From an uncultured cyanobacterium (lineage in GTDB: Bacteria > Cyanobacteriota > Cyanobacteriia > Cyanobacteriales > Cyanobacteriaceae): a DNA stretch of 64,000 nt. The position numbers were made by a program, and so were the translations under genes. Shown here piece after piece: positions 53,555 through 62,199 of this stretch. Where the stretch lies: assembly GCA_963749915.1 (NCBI GenBank), contig CAVVOP010000008.1, positions 320,001 through 384,000 of the forward strand, written 5' to 3'. Numbering within the stretch: position 1 is the first letter of the stretch; the number at the start of each line of letters is the position of its first letter. The notes beneath the pieces are model-generated. The model was given only the letters and a program-made list of their open reading frames with translations. It made no database searches and had not been told where the DNA came from.

Positions 53555-54126
53555 TCCCAATACTGCTCGGTTAGTGGTAAAAACGTTACGGTGAGGTTAA
53601 AGTAATGAGTAATAAGTAATGAGTAATAAGTAATCAGTAATAAGTAATGAGTAATAAGTAATGAGTAATAAGTAAATATTTATTGTTTATAGAGACAGAA
53701 GATTTTGCTATCAGAATTATTAAAGCTTATTCCGAACTGAACAAAAGGAACTTTGATGATGCAGCTAAAGTTTTATCAAAACAATTTTTAAGAAGTGGGA
53801 CATCAATTGGGGCTAATTGTTCAGAAGCAAAATATGCACAGTCGAAGAAGGATTTATTAACAAATATTCTATAGCTTTAAAAGCAGCAAATGAGACCCTT
53901 TATTGGATAAAAATAATGATTAAATCAGAGCTAGTATCACAATCTAAATTTCAAAAAATGATAGAAGAGAATGAAAGAATTATTAAAATATTAATGAGTT
54001 CAATCAATAAATTAAAAGAAAAACAATCTAGTTAAATTTTTATTCATTACTCATTACTCATTACTCATTACTCATTACTTCATCTTCACAGTAAGATTTT
54101 CGGGCAAATCCCTCGCAGTATTGGGA
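53555..54126 (+). mobile_element. TIR-bounded cassette carrying a four-helix-bundle gene between inverted heptamer arrays
   Basis: 12-bp TIR TCCCAATACTGC/GCAGTATTGGGA; (AGTAATR)x10 at 53601-53675 and (CATTACT)x5 at 54045-54079. Confidence 0.8.
53683..54035 (+). pseudogene. four-helix-bundle protein (23S rRNA IVP family), frameshifted
   Basis: FAIRIIK...LSKQFLRSGTSIGAN.SEA..AQSKKD / FINKYSIALK.ANET.YW; one T missing near 53853. Confidence 0.85.
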
Positions 54127-54757
54127 CGCAACCACCAAGACACCGCAGAACAAGCCAACGCCGAACCAGCCACACAACGGAAAGAAACCACGGGAACAAA
54201 CCCCCAACGAAAGAACAGCTTCTTTTCACCCGTTCTCATTTTTCACCGTGAACTTTGATCTGTGCGCAAGGCAAAAATAAATAAATGGAGCGTAGCCGTT
54301 ACGAAGACTATAACTAAGTACAACTAAACTATGGCGGCGGAGCGACTTCAATTAAGGTGTTGCCTAGTCGCACCACAGAACGGGTATACTAGAAAAGCGG
54401 TCGTTCATTATCCCCACAGTTCCAGCCACGCAGTGACCTAGGGTCGGAAACAGTAGCCTTTGAGATAAACCGAAGGCAAAAAGACTATGTTTTTAACTGT
54501 ATTTCAATCTAAATATTAATATATATTAAGAAAAATTAACTAAAAAAATCTCTGATTAATTAAATCTTATTAAATGATTAGAATATGAGGAAAGTTCAGT
54601 ATATTTACTGTTGTTAGTAAATATAAAATTGGGAACTATAAGTCTATAGCAAACTAGATTTATACTCTGACTTATTACTCATTACTCATTACTCATTACT
54701 CATTACTCATTACTTCATCTTCACAGTAAGATTTTCGGGCAAATCCCTCGCAGTATT
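54044..54757 (+). repeat. perfect 79-bp direct repeat (54044-54122 and 54679-54757)
   Basis: T(CATTACT)x5 TCATCTTCACAGTAAGATTTTCGGGCAAATCCCTCGCAGTATT occurs twice. Confidence 0.92.
54075..54239 (-). pseudogene. possible adenine-free small ORF, truncated by the MITE arm
   Basis: MRTGEKK-LFFRWGFVPVVSFRCVAGSALACSAVSWWLRP-(MITE-derived NTARD...); codons 8-39 contain no A. Confidence 0.4.
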
Positions 54758-54828
54758 TATCTGCACTATTTTTAAGGTATTAAGGCTCAAATATTTTTAC
54801 AGTTTTTTAACATTAAATAGGATAAACA

Positions 54829-55395
54829 ATGGATTTTAATTATCTATTAACAAGCATATTTTTATGGCTAATAATTAGCCTTTTATTATTGACAGTTTTT
54901 GCTTCCTCATCACCTTCTAATCAAGGTAAATTTAAAGATTTTAAAGACAATAAATCTCAGGATTTAGATAACGATTCGGGTAAAGAAGAAATCATCGCCC
55001 TTCAACAACAATGCCAAAGATTAAGAGAGGAATTAGAAGCCCAATCTAACCAGTTAAAAGATGATTTTCGTAGTGACACTTTTGAACAATTACAGCCTTT
55101 ATTAACTAACTATCCCACCGCCCGTGAGATGGCAAAAGCTAAACCAGATTTACCCGCTAAAAATCTAGTATCTTTGTTCACATCCTTAGAAAACTTGTTA
55201 GAAAGTTGGGGTTATGAAACCATTGGCACACCGTGGGAAGAAGTTAATTATAATCCTCAAATTCATCAAGGTGACAGTGATGATATTGAAGTAGGGGAAT
55301 CGGTTTATATCCGTTTTGTAGGCTACCGTGACGGCGATAATATTCTTTATCCTGCGAAAGTAAGTCTCAATCTTCCTCCCAATTTAAAAAGTTAA
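54829..55395 (+). CDS. membrane-anchored GrpE-like nucleotide exchange factor
   Basis: N-terminal TM helix, coiled coil, C-terminal IG...V.YNPQIHQ...GY..GD.IL.PAKVS GrpE-type beta domain; directly upstream of Hsp70. Confidence 0.75.
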   Translation: MDFNYLLTSIFLWLIISLLLLTVFASSSPSNQGKFKDFKDNKSQDLDNDSGKEEIIALQQQCQRLREELEAQSNQLKDDFRSDTFEQLQPLLTNYPTAREMAKAKPDLPAKNLVSLFTSLENLLESWGYETIGTPWEEVNYNPQIHQGDSDDIEVGESVYIRFVGYRDGDNILYPAKVSLNLPPNLKS

Positions 55396-55429
55396 TTTCT
55401 AATTCCTAATTCCTAATTCCTAATTATTT

Positions 55430-57028
55430 ATGACTACTGTAGCGATTGATTTTGGCACAAGTAACACCGTTGTTAGTATTATCGAACCCGATACCAAACA
55501 AGCAAAATCCCTCCGTTTTGAGAAAATGTCGAGGGTATTTCGGATGAAACTTAATAACGGCTCAGTGTCAGAAATTCCCGTCATCCCTAGCTTAGTGTTT
55601 ATCAAAGAAGGACATGAATTAATATTAGGAGAACAAGTGCGCACTGGTCGGTTAGGATGTAGTAAGCCTGAACGATTTTTTAAAGCCTTTAAAAGAGATT
55701 TAGCCGCCGAATATCGCTCCCCTACGAAGATAATAGAAGGTAAAGAATACCCATCAGAAGCAGTAGCAGAAATATTTTTAAAAGAAATTTGGCAACAACT
55801 GAAATTACAACATTTAACTCCCTCTCAAGTAATATTTACCGTGCCAGTAGGAGGCTTTGAAAGTTACTCGAATTGGTGTCGTGACTTAGCCACAGGATTA
55901 GGCATTGAAAAAATCCAATTAGTCGATGAATCCACCGCCGCCGCCTTCGGTTATGCCGTTAAAAAGCCCGGTGCTTTAGTTTTAGTAGTGGACTTTGGAG
56001 GGGGTACATTAGACTTAAGTTTAGTGCGTACTGTCGGCACTTCCCCAAAATTAAAAGAATTAAAAGGAGAGGTTTTAGCGAAAACTCAAGCCTATGTGGG
56101 AGGAGAAGATATTGATATTTGGTTAATGGAAGATTACTTGCAAAAACAGGGTATTTCTAAAAACGATTTAAGTAGTGTTAGTTGGCAGAATTTATTAGAA
56201 ATAGCCGAGCGTCTTAAGATACAGTTATCCTTTAAAGAAGAAGCAAAGGAAAGTTGGTTAGATGAGGAAACCTTTACTTCCTATGATATTGCTTTAAATC
56301 GACCACAACTCAAAGAAATATTAGAAACTCAACAACTATTACCTCAATTACGGGATTGTCTCGATGAAGTTATTCAGATGTCAATGGGTAAGGGCATCAA
56401 TAAAAAACACATTGAGAAAGTAGTTTTAGTAGGCGGCAGTTGTTTAATTGCATCTGTAAGAGAATTAATTACTTCTTATTTTGGACCAGAAAAAGTCCTG
56501 ATCAATAAACCCTTTGAAGCGGTGTCTCAAGGGGCTTTAACTGTTGGTTTATTAGAAAACGTAGATGACCATTTATACCATAGCTACGCCCTTCGTACAT
56601 GGAATCCCTTGACTCAGGAAAATGATTATGATCCTTTATTTCCATCAGGCATACAATATCCCTGTGAATTAGAACATCCTTTAGTTCTTCAATGTGCCAA
56701 TAATGGACAAGATGCCATTTACCTTGATATTGGGCAAGTGGCAGAAATGGGAAAAGCGGAGTTAAGTTATGATGCTTCGGGTAAAATGACCAGTGGTATG
56801 GTTAAATCTAAAACTACTTACAAATCCCTCACCTATGAACTAGACTGGCAAGGAAATGTCGTCAAATCCGCTTGTATCGCTAAATTACATCCTCTTGGCA
56901 CTGTGGGAAAAGATCGTCTTAAACTGCATTTGGAAGTGGATGAGGGGCGAATGTTATTGACTACTGTTACGGATATTCTCACCCAACAAGTATTAGTCTA
57001 TAAGAAAGCGATCGCTCGCCTTGATTAA
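55430..57028 (+). CDS. atypical Hsp70-family protein
   Basis: AIDFGTSNT, TVPVGG, ESTAAA, VVDFGGGTLDLS, GGEDID, AERLKIQLS, VLVGGS; short divergent C-terminus without a lid. Confidence 0.9.
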   Translation: MTTVAIDFGTSNTVVSIIEPDTKQAKSLRFEKMSRVFRMKLNNGSVSEIPVIPSLVFIKEGHELILGEQVRTGRLGCSKPERFFKAFKRDLAAEYRSPTKIIEGKEYPSEAVAEIFLKEIWQQLKLQHLTPSQVIFTVPVGGFESYSNWCRDLATGLGIEKIQLVDESTAAAFGYAVKKPGALVLVVDFGGGTLDLSLVRTVGTSPKLKELKGEVLAKTQAYVGGEDIDIWLMEDYLQKQGISKNDLSSVSWQNLLEIAERLKIQLSFKEEAKESWLDEETFTSYDIALNRPQLKEILETQQLLPQLRDCLDEVIQMSMGKGINKKHIEKVVLVGGSCLIASVRELITSYFGPEKVLINKPFEAVSQGALTVGLLENVDDHLYHSYALRTWNPLTQENDYDPLFPSGIQYPCELEHPLVLQCANNGQDAIYLDIGQVAEMGKAELSYDASGKMTSGMVKSKTTYKSLTYELDWQGNVVKSACIAKLHPLGTVGKDRLKLHLEVDEGRMLLTTVTDILTQQVLVYKKAIARLD

Positions 57029-57073
57029 GCCTTTTACGATTAAATATTAATTGTCAACTATCAACTATTAAAA

Positions 57074-57775
57074 ATGAGCTCTTCTCCTAATTCCCAAGAT
57101 ATTCAAACTCTTTTTAATGATATTGCACCAGTTTATGATCAAATGAATGATTGGTTAAGTTTCCGTCTCCACCGTATTTGGAAGTTAATGACCGTAAAAT
57201 GGAGTAGTCCACAACCTTATGAAACTGCGTTAGATCTCTGTTGTGGTACTGGTGACTTAACTTTTTTAATGGCAAAACAACTCAAAAAAGGGAGAGTTAT
57301 TGGCGTTGATTTTTCCTCGCAGTTGTTGGCAGAGGCACAAAAAAAACAAAAATTTAAGTCTTTAAATAGTGAAATTCGGTGGTTAGAAGCAAATGTTTTA
57401 AGTTTGCCTTTTGACGATAATTCTTTTGATTGTGCCACTATGGGTTATGGGTTGAGAAATGTTACGGATATTTGTGCTTGTTTACAGGAAATTCAACGAG
57501 TTTTAAAACCTAATAGTAAAGTAGCTATTTTAGATTTTCATAAACCTACACAGGATTGGGTTGCCAATAGTCAAAAATGGTATTTAGATAACGTGGTAGT
57601 GAAAATTGCGGATTTTTTAGGCACTCAATCAGAATATGCTTATATTTATCCTAGTTTAGAGCGTTTTCCTAATGGCGAAACCCAAATTCAACTAGGTTTA
57701 AATGCTGGTTTTAGTGCGGGTATCCATTATCCTTTATTTGGTGGTACAATGGGAGTTTTAGTATTAACTAAATAG
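57074..57775 (+). CDS. menG: 2-phytyl-1,4-naphthoquinone/demethylmenaquinone methyltransferase
   Basis: F..IAPVYDQMND.LS...HRIWK, LDLCCGTGD, GVDFS, GYGLRNV, YAYI..S. Confidence 0.92.
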   Translation: MSSSPNSQDIQTLFNDIAPVYDQMNDWLSFRLHRIWKLMTVKWSSPQPYETALDLCCGTGDLTFLMAKQLKKGRVIGVDFSSQLLAEAQKKQKFKSLNSEIRWLEANVLSLPFDDNSFDCATMGYGLRNVTDICACLQEIQRVLKPNSKVAILDFHKPTQDWVANSQKWYLDNVVVKIADFLGTQSEYAYIYPSLERFPNGETQIQLGLNAGFSAGIHYPLFGGTMGVLVLTK

Positions 57776-57916
57776 AGGTAATTCAAACATTATTAAGCTG
57801 ATAAATTTGCTAAAAAAAGTTAGTTACTGTCGTGGTAATAAATCATTGACAAGAAAAAATTGATAATTCAATTACCTTAAAAAAAATATAAATTTAAGAT
57901 TAATTAGTTAGGGATA

Positions 57917-59152
57917 ATGCCGTTAGAATTTTATAATTGGTGGCAAATTGCGCTTCCCCCCGTAGCAGGTTCAGTTATTGGATATTTTACTAATGATTTA
58001 GCGATAAAAATGCTATTTCGTCCTTATAAACCTTTATATTTTTTCAACAAGCAATTACCTTTTACTCCAGGTTTAATTCCGAGAAATCAAAAGAGGTTGG
58101 CGAAAAGAGTTTCTGACACTATTATGAACTCTTTGTTAACCCCAGAAGAATTACAAAAATTGGCGAAAAGATTATTACAGACTGAACGAGTAGAGGGAGC
58201 AATTTTATGGTTACTACAGTTAACTTTACAGCAAATAAAAGAGGATAAAGAACAAAAGTCAGCAAAAATATTAGCGGATATTTTAAGAGATTTATTTGGG
58301 GATGCTTTACCGAAATTATTAAGAGTTTTAGCAAGAAAAGATGATTTTTTACAAAGTCAAATTGATCAGATCTTTGACCGCATTTTATTAGAGTTTAAGT
58401 TAACGGAAATTCAAGCTAGACAATTATCTGATTGGTTATTACAAGTTATTTTTGCACCGGATTTATTACGTCAAGCTTTAGTTAATTTTTTGACGGATCG
58501 AAATATTAGTGTGATTGATGAAGGTTTTAAGGAAAAAACAAGCGGTACTTATTGGGTTGTAGCGAATTTATTTGGGGTCAAAAATGCTTTAAGTCGTTTA
58601 CGGACTTTCTGTTTAGACGAGAAAGAAATGGCTAATACTCGCATTCAAGAGTTACTTTTATCTTTGGAAATTAGAAATAGATTAAAGGAATTTTTTTTGA
58701 ATTTTTCTTTACAAAATTTACCGGTAGCAACGGTTAAACAATTAAGACAAACCACTAATAAAGCTGTTCGGGATTATATTCAAGAAAAAGGTGCAGATTT
58801 TTTACATGAATTTGGTTTATCGATTGATTGGGATAAGGTATCAATTTTAATTGTTAATCGTTTACAAGCCTCTGATGTAGTTAATACTTCTTTAAGTTTA
58901 ATTAGTGAAGAATTGGCTTTAATTTTAGAGCGTTATTTAGAGGAAGATTTAGAAAAAATTGTCGCCCACGCTATCCCGATTTTATCCATTGATCAGGTTA
59001 TTATTGAAAGAATAAAAGCCACTACTCCTGAACATTTAGAAGAAGCAACTCAAAGTATTGTTAAAAGTGAGTTACAGGCGATCGTTAATTTAGGAGGAAT
59101 TTTAGGTTTAATTATTGGTTTAATTCAAAGTATTTTATTATTAATAACCTAA
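57917..59152 (+). CDS. DUF445 family membrane protein
   Basis: [38 protein letters not shown]. Confidence 0.88.
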   Translation: MPLEFYNWWQIALPPVAGSVIGYFTNDLAIKMLFRPYKPLYFFNKQLPFTPGLIPRNQKRLAKRVSDTIMNSLLTPEELQKLAKRLLQTERVEGAILWLLQLTLQQIKEDKEQKSAKILADILRDLFGDALPKLLRVLARKDDFLQSQIDQIFDRILLEFKLTEIQARQLSDWLLQVIFAPDLLRQALVNFLTDRNISVIDEGFKEKTSGTYWVVANLFGVKNALSRLRTFCLDEKEMANTRIQELLLSLEIRNRLKEFFLNFSLQNLPVATVKQLRQTTNKAVRDYIQEKGADFLHEFGLSIDWDKVSILIVNRLQASDVVNTSLSLISEELALILERYLEEDLEKIVAHAIPILSIDQVIIERIKATTPEHLEEATQSIVKSELQAIVNLGGILGLIIGLIQSILLLIT

Positions 59153-59179
59153 AGATCAAATTGACAGATATCAAATTTT

Positions 59180-60223
59180 ATGAGTAAAGTTAGAGTAGGA
59201 TTATTATTCGGTGGAAAGTCTGGAGAACACCAAGTTTCTATCAGATCTGCACAGGCCATCGCCAGAGGGTTGTCTACAGAAGTAAATGTTGATAAATATG
59301 ACGTTATTCCTGTATATATTCAACCTTCGGGGGTTTGGTTAAGCGGTGACATTGCAAAGGATGTATTAACCACTGGTATTCCTTTAAATAAGGACGAAAA
59401 TTCTACTCCTCAATGGCATTTTCCTGATGAATGTAATGATATTCAAGTATGGTTTCCCATTTTACACGGACCTAACGGTGAAGATGGTACAGTACAAGGA
59501 TTGTTGACCTTAATGAAAGTACCTTTTGTCGGCTCTGGCGTTCTTGGTTCAGCCATGGGTATGGATAAAATTGCCATGAAAAATGCCTTTGCACAAGTTA
59601 ACTTATCTCAAGTTAATTATTTAGCGGTGACTCGTGATCAGATTTTTACTGGTGCTTGTGGTTTTCCGAAATTATGCCATCGCATTGATGAAACTCTGGG
59701 CTATCCTTGTTTTGTGAAACCGGCAAATCTCGGATCATCGGTGGGAATTACAAAAGCAAGAACGAGAACAGAATTAGAAAAAGCCTTAGATTCTGCGGCT
59801 AATCTCGATCGTCGTGTGATTGTGGAAGCGGGGGTTAAAGCTAGAGAAGTAGAATGTGCCGTGTTAGGCAACGATAACCCCAAAGCCTCCGTCATTGGCG
59901 AAATAACCTACAATGCCGATTTTTATGATTACGAAACTAAATATACTGATGGGAAGGCAAATTTGATTATTCCTGCTGATATTCCCCCTCATGTTGCCAC
60001 TAAAATTCAAGAGATGTCCTTAAAAGCCTTCCGCACCATTGATGCCAGGGGTTTAGCAAGAGTGGATTTTTTCTATATTCCTGAAACAGAGGAAATTTTG
60101 ATTAATGAAATAAACACTTTACCCGGCTTTACGGCGTTAAGTATGTATCCGCAACTGTGGCAAGCATCAGGGGTGAGTTTCTCCGATTTGGTGGACAAAT
60201 TAGTAACTTTAGCACAAGAATAA
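59180..60223 (+). CDS. ddl: D-alanine--D-alanine ligase
   Basis: [47 protein letters not shown]. Confidence 0.97.
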   Translation: MSKVRVGLLFGGKSGEHQVSIRSAQAIARGLSTEVNVDKYDVIPVYIQPSGVWLSGDIAKDVLTTGIPLNKDENSTPQWHFPDECNDIQVWFPILHGPNGEDGTVQGLLTLMKVPFVGSGVLGSAMGMDKIAMKNAFAQVNLSQVNYLAVTRDQIFTGACGFPKLCHRIDETLGYPCFVKPANLGSSVGITKARTRTELEKALDSAANLDRRVIVEAGVKAREVECAVLGNDNPKASVIGEITYNADFYDYETKYTDGKANLIIPADIPPHVATKIQEMSLKAFRTIDARGLARVDFFYIPETEEILINEINTLPGFTALSMYPQLWQASGVSFSDLVDKLVTLAQE

Positions 60224-60224
60224 T

Positions 60225-60370
60225 GAGTTCAGGGTGAGGATTCTCTAAAATCCAAAAGCGGTCGGACCCCGCGCCGCCGGAAGTCGCAAGGGAACGTCCA
60301 CCAAGAGAGGGAATGCCGACCAAGAGATCTAAAATTATCCGTTCCCAGTCCCTGAAAACTATCTTGACAG
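60225..60370 (-). mobile_element. MITE (7831 family) with nested GC-rich insert
   Basis: 60331-60370 is the reverse complement of 7839-7878 at 39/40 nt; 60225-60257 resembles the other arm. Confidence 0.7.
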
Positions 60371-61945
60371 TTAAATCCTCCCTCGTAACATCATCGCCAT
60401 TTCGTTACGGGTAGGAGATCTCTCCAGGGCAGTTTCTTCGGTGATACGTCCTTCTTGATAAAGCTCAAAGAGGGATTTATTCATGGTGATCATACCGTCA
60501 AATTCACCGTCAGCCATCAACATCCCAATTTCTTCATATTTGTTACTGAGAATATAGTCTTTTACCGTCTCGGTGTTGATTAAAATGTCATGATAAGCCG
60601 CCCGTTTCCCGTCAGTGGTACGGCACAAACCTTGGGCAATAATCCCCACCAAAGATTCTGCGATGGCCGATCTCATGGCAGGTTGTTCTTCCGCAGTATA
60701 AAGAGTGAAAATACGTTCAAGGGTTTTGATGGCACTGTTGGTGTGTAAAGTACCCATAACTAAGTGACCTGTTTGAGCGGCTTTAAGGGCTGTATTTACC
60801 GTTTCTTTGTCTCGCATTTCCCCCACGAGGATAATATCAGGATCTTCTCGCAGGGAAGCTTTAAGGGCATTATCAAACTTAAGGGTATGCATCCCAACTT
60901 CCCTTTGTTTAACCAGGGATTTTTGACTTTTGTGGACAAATTCTACGGGATCCTCAATGGTGATAATATTTTTTGCGTGTTCACTATTGATGTGATCCAC
61001 CATCGCCGCTAGAGTTGTCGATTTACCCGAACCGGTAGGTCCAGTGATGAGAATTAACCCTTTATGTGCGTCACAAATATCTCGAAAGATAGGAGGAAGG
61101 CGTAATTGTTCCAGAGTTAAAATTTTGAGAGGAATTAAACGTAAGACTAAAGAGGGGCCCCTTAAAGTATCGAAAACATTAATCCGAACCCTTGCAAAAT
61201 CATATTGAGTGGCACCATCAAATTCCAATTCTTTTTTAAACTTTTGTATTTCATCTTCCTTTAAAATTTCTCGCAACCAACTCATGAAGGTATTTAGATC
61301 GATTTCGGGATATTGATCTAAAATCATCATTTCCCCACGATCCCGCATTCGAGGTAATTCCCCAACTCCTAAATGGACATCAGAATAACCACTATCATAG
61401 GCTAATTGAACTAAATCATGGAGAGAAGGTTGCCCCGGAGATCTTCCCACCGGGGGACGAGAATAGTGGATTCCCCCTTGAGGTCCTGCCCTTTGAGGAG
61501 TGGTGGGGGCAGTAGCGGGTCTGTCTTTCACGGAACCCTTGCGAACATCAGTCTCTCCTGGTCTGGCCATTGTTCCAGGGGGGAGATTTCCACCCATCGG
61601 CATGGTATTTCGATTATTAAGAGGCGATGGGCCAGGGGAAGGAAGGGGGGTTGTCAGAGGGGGAACAACTTTATCTCGATTAGTTGATTGAGGCAACATA
61701 CCGGGGGTATAAAGTTGAGTTTCTTCCTGGGATTCTAAGTCATCATCATCATCATCGAAATCGTGAATATTAAATCCTTCGGAGGGCATGGTATTTTTGT
61801 TGCCCAAAGGAGGAAAAGGACTGCTGGAACTAACTCTGGTTTCGTCTTCTGTACCGTTATCGGTAATTCCTTGAGGCCTAGTTTGTGGAATCAAGGGAGG
61901 TACTGGTAACGGTTGTTTTTTTTGTCGATCAAAAGATTGTGTCAT
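60371..61945 (-). CDS. pilT: type IV pilus retraction ATPase with long Pro-rich N-terminal extension (PilT2-like)
   Basis: SDVHL, GPTGSGKSTT, TIEDPVEF, LREDPDIILVGEMRD, TGHLV.GTLHT. Confidence 0.92.
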   Translation of the reverse strand: MTQSFDRQKKQPLPVPPLIPQTRPQGITDNGTEDETRVSSSSPFPPLGNKNTMPSEGFNIHDFDDDDDDLESQEETQLYTPGMLPQSTNRDKVVPPLTTPLPSPGPSPLNNRNTMPMGGNLPPGTMARPGETDVRKGSVKDRPATAPTTPQRAGPQGGIHYSRPPVGRSPGQPSLHDLVQLAYDSGYSDVHLGVGELPRMRDRGEMMILDQYPEIDLNTFMSWLREILKEDEIQKFKKELEFDGATQYDFARVRINVFDTLRGPSLVLRLIPLKILTLEQLRLPPIFRDICDAHKGLILITGPTGSGKSTTLAAMVDHINSEHAKNIITIEDPVEFVHKSQKSLVKQREVGMHTLKFDNALKASLREDPDIILVGEMRDKETVNTALKAAQTGHLVMGTLHTNSAIKTLERIFTLYTAEEQPAMRSAIAESLVGIIAQGLCRTTDGKRAAYHDILINTETVKDYILSNKYEEIGMLMADGEFDGMITMNKSLFELYQEGRITEETALERSPTRNEMAMMLRGRI

Positions 61946-62199
61946 GATTATTTGCTCTCATTCAGAATATCTCATTCTTATTATAGTAACCAAAACATTT
62001 AAAGAAGGCAGGAGTTGAAAGGCAGAAGGGCAGTTAAGAACTTGAGTCTTTAGCTATGTAAGCTATATACAATGCAACTTGGTTTCAAACTAAAGGTTGC
62101 CCTTATCAATATGAGTGATTTTACCCACATTGAAGATCGAAGAAAGGGGAATTTAACCCTAACTATTAGCCTCCAATCTCGGAGATAATATAAAGGAGA

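Larger units (their letters stand above)
44751..57125. mobile_element. genomic island bounded by menG 5' direct repeats
   Basis: direct repeat at both ends; accessory content (DGR targets, TA, XisH/XisI, Rpn, pseudogenes); no integrase visible. Confidence 0.7.

Noticed and set aside
53601..53675. Regular repeats as a possible CRISPR array
   Set aside because: These are contiguous 7-nt units with no unique spacers, and there are no cas genes. They are STRR-type tandem repeats, as are 30734-30768, 55395-55425 and 26665-26700.
54262..54490. Group II intron starting at GTGCG
   Set aside because: No domain V/VI-like sequence or RT ORF follows, and a 5-mer match is expected by chance.
3771..57015. 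Recurrent GCGATCGC octamer
   Set aside because: This is the standard cyanobacterial HIP1 sequence, useful only as a taxonomic clue.
866..61691. Numerous short antisense or overlapping ORFs in the track (e.g. 4423-4719, 12589-12963, 31432-31716, 34887-35189, 47570-47836, 61418-61687)
   Set aside because: They are shadows of well-supported genes on the other strand or frame, with no recognisable motifs.
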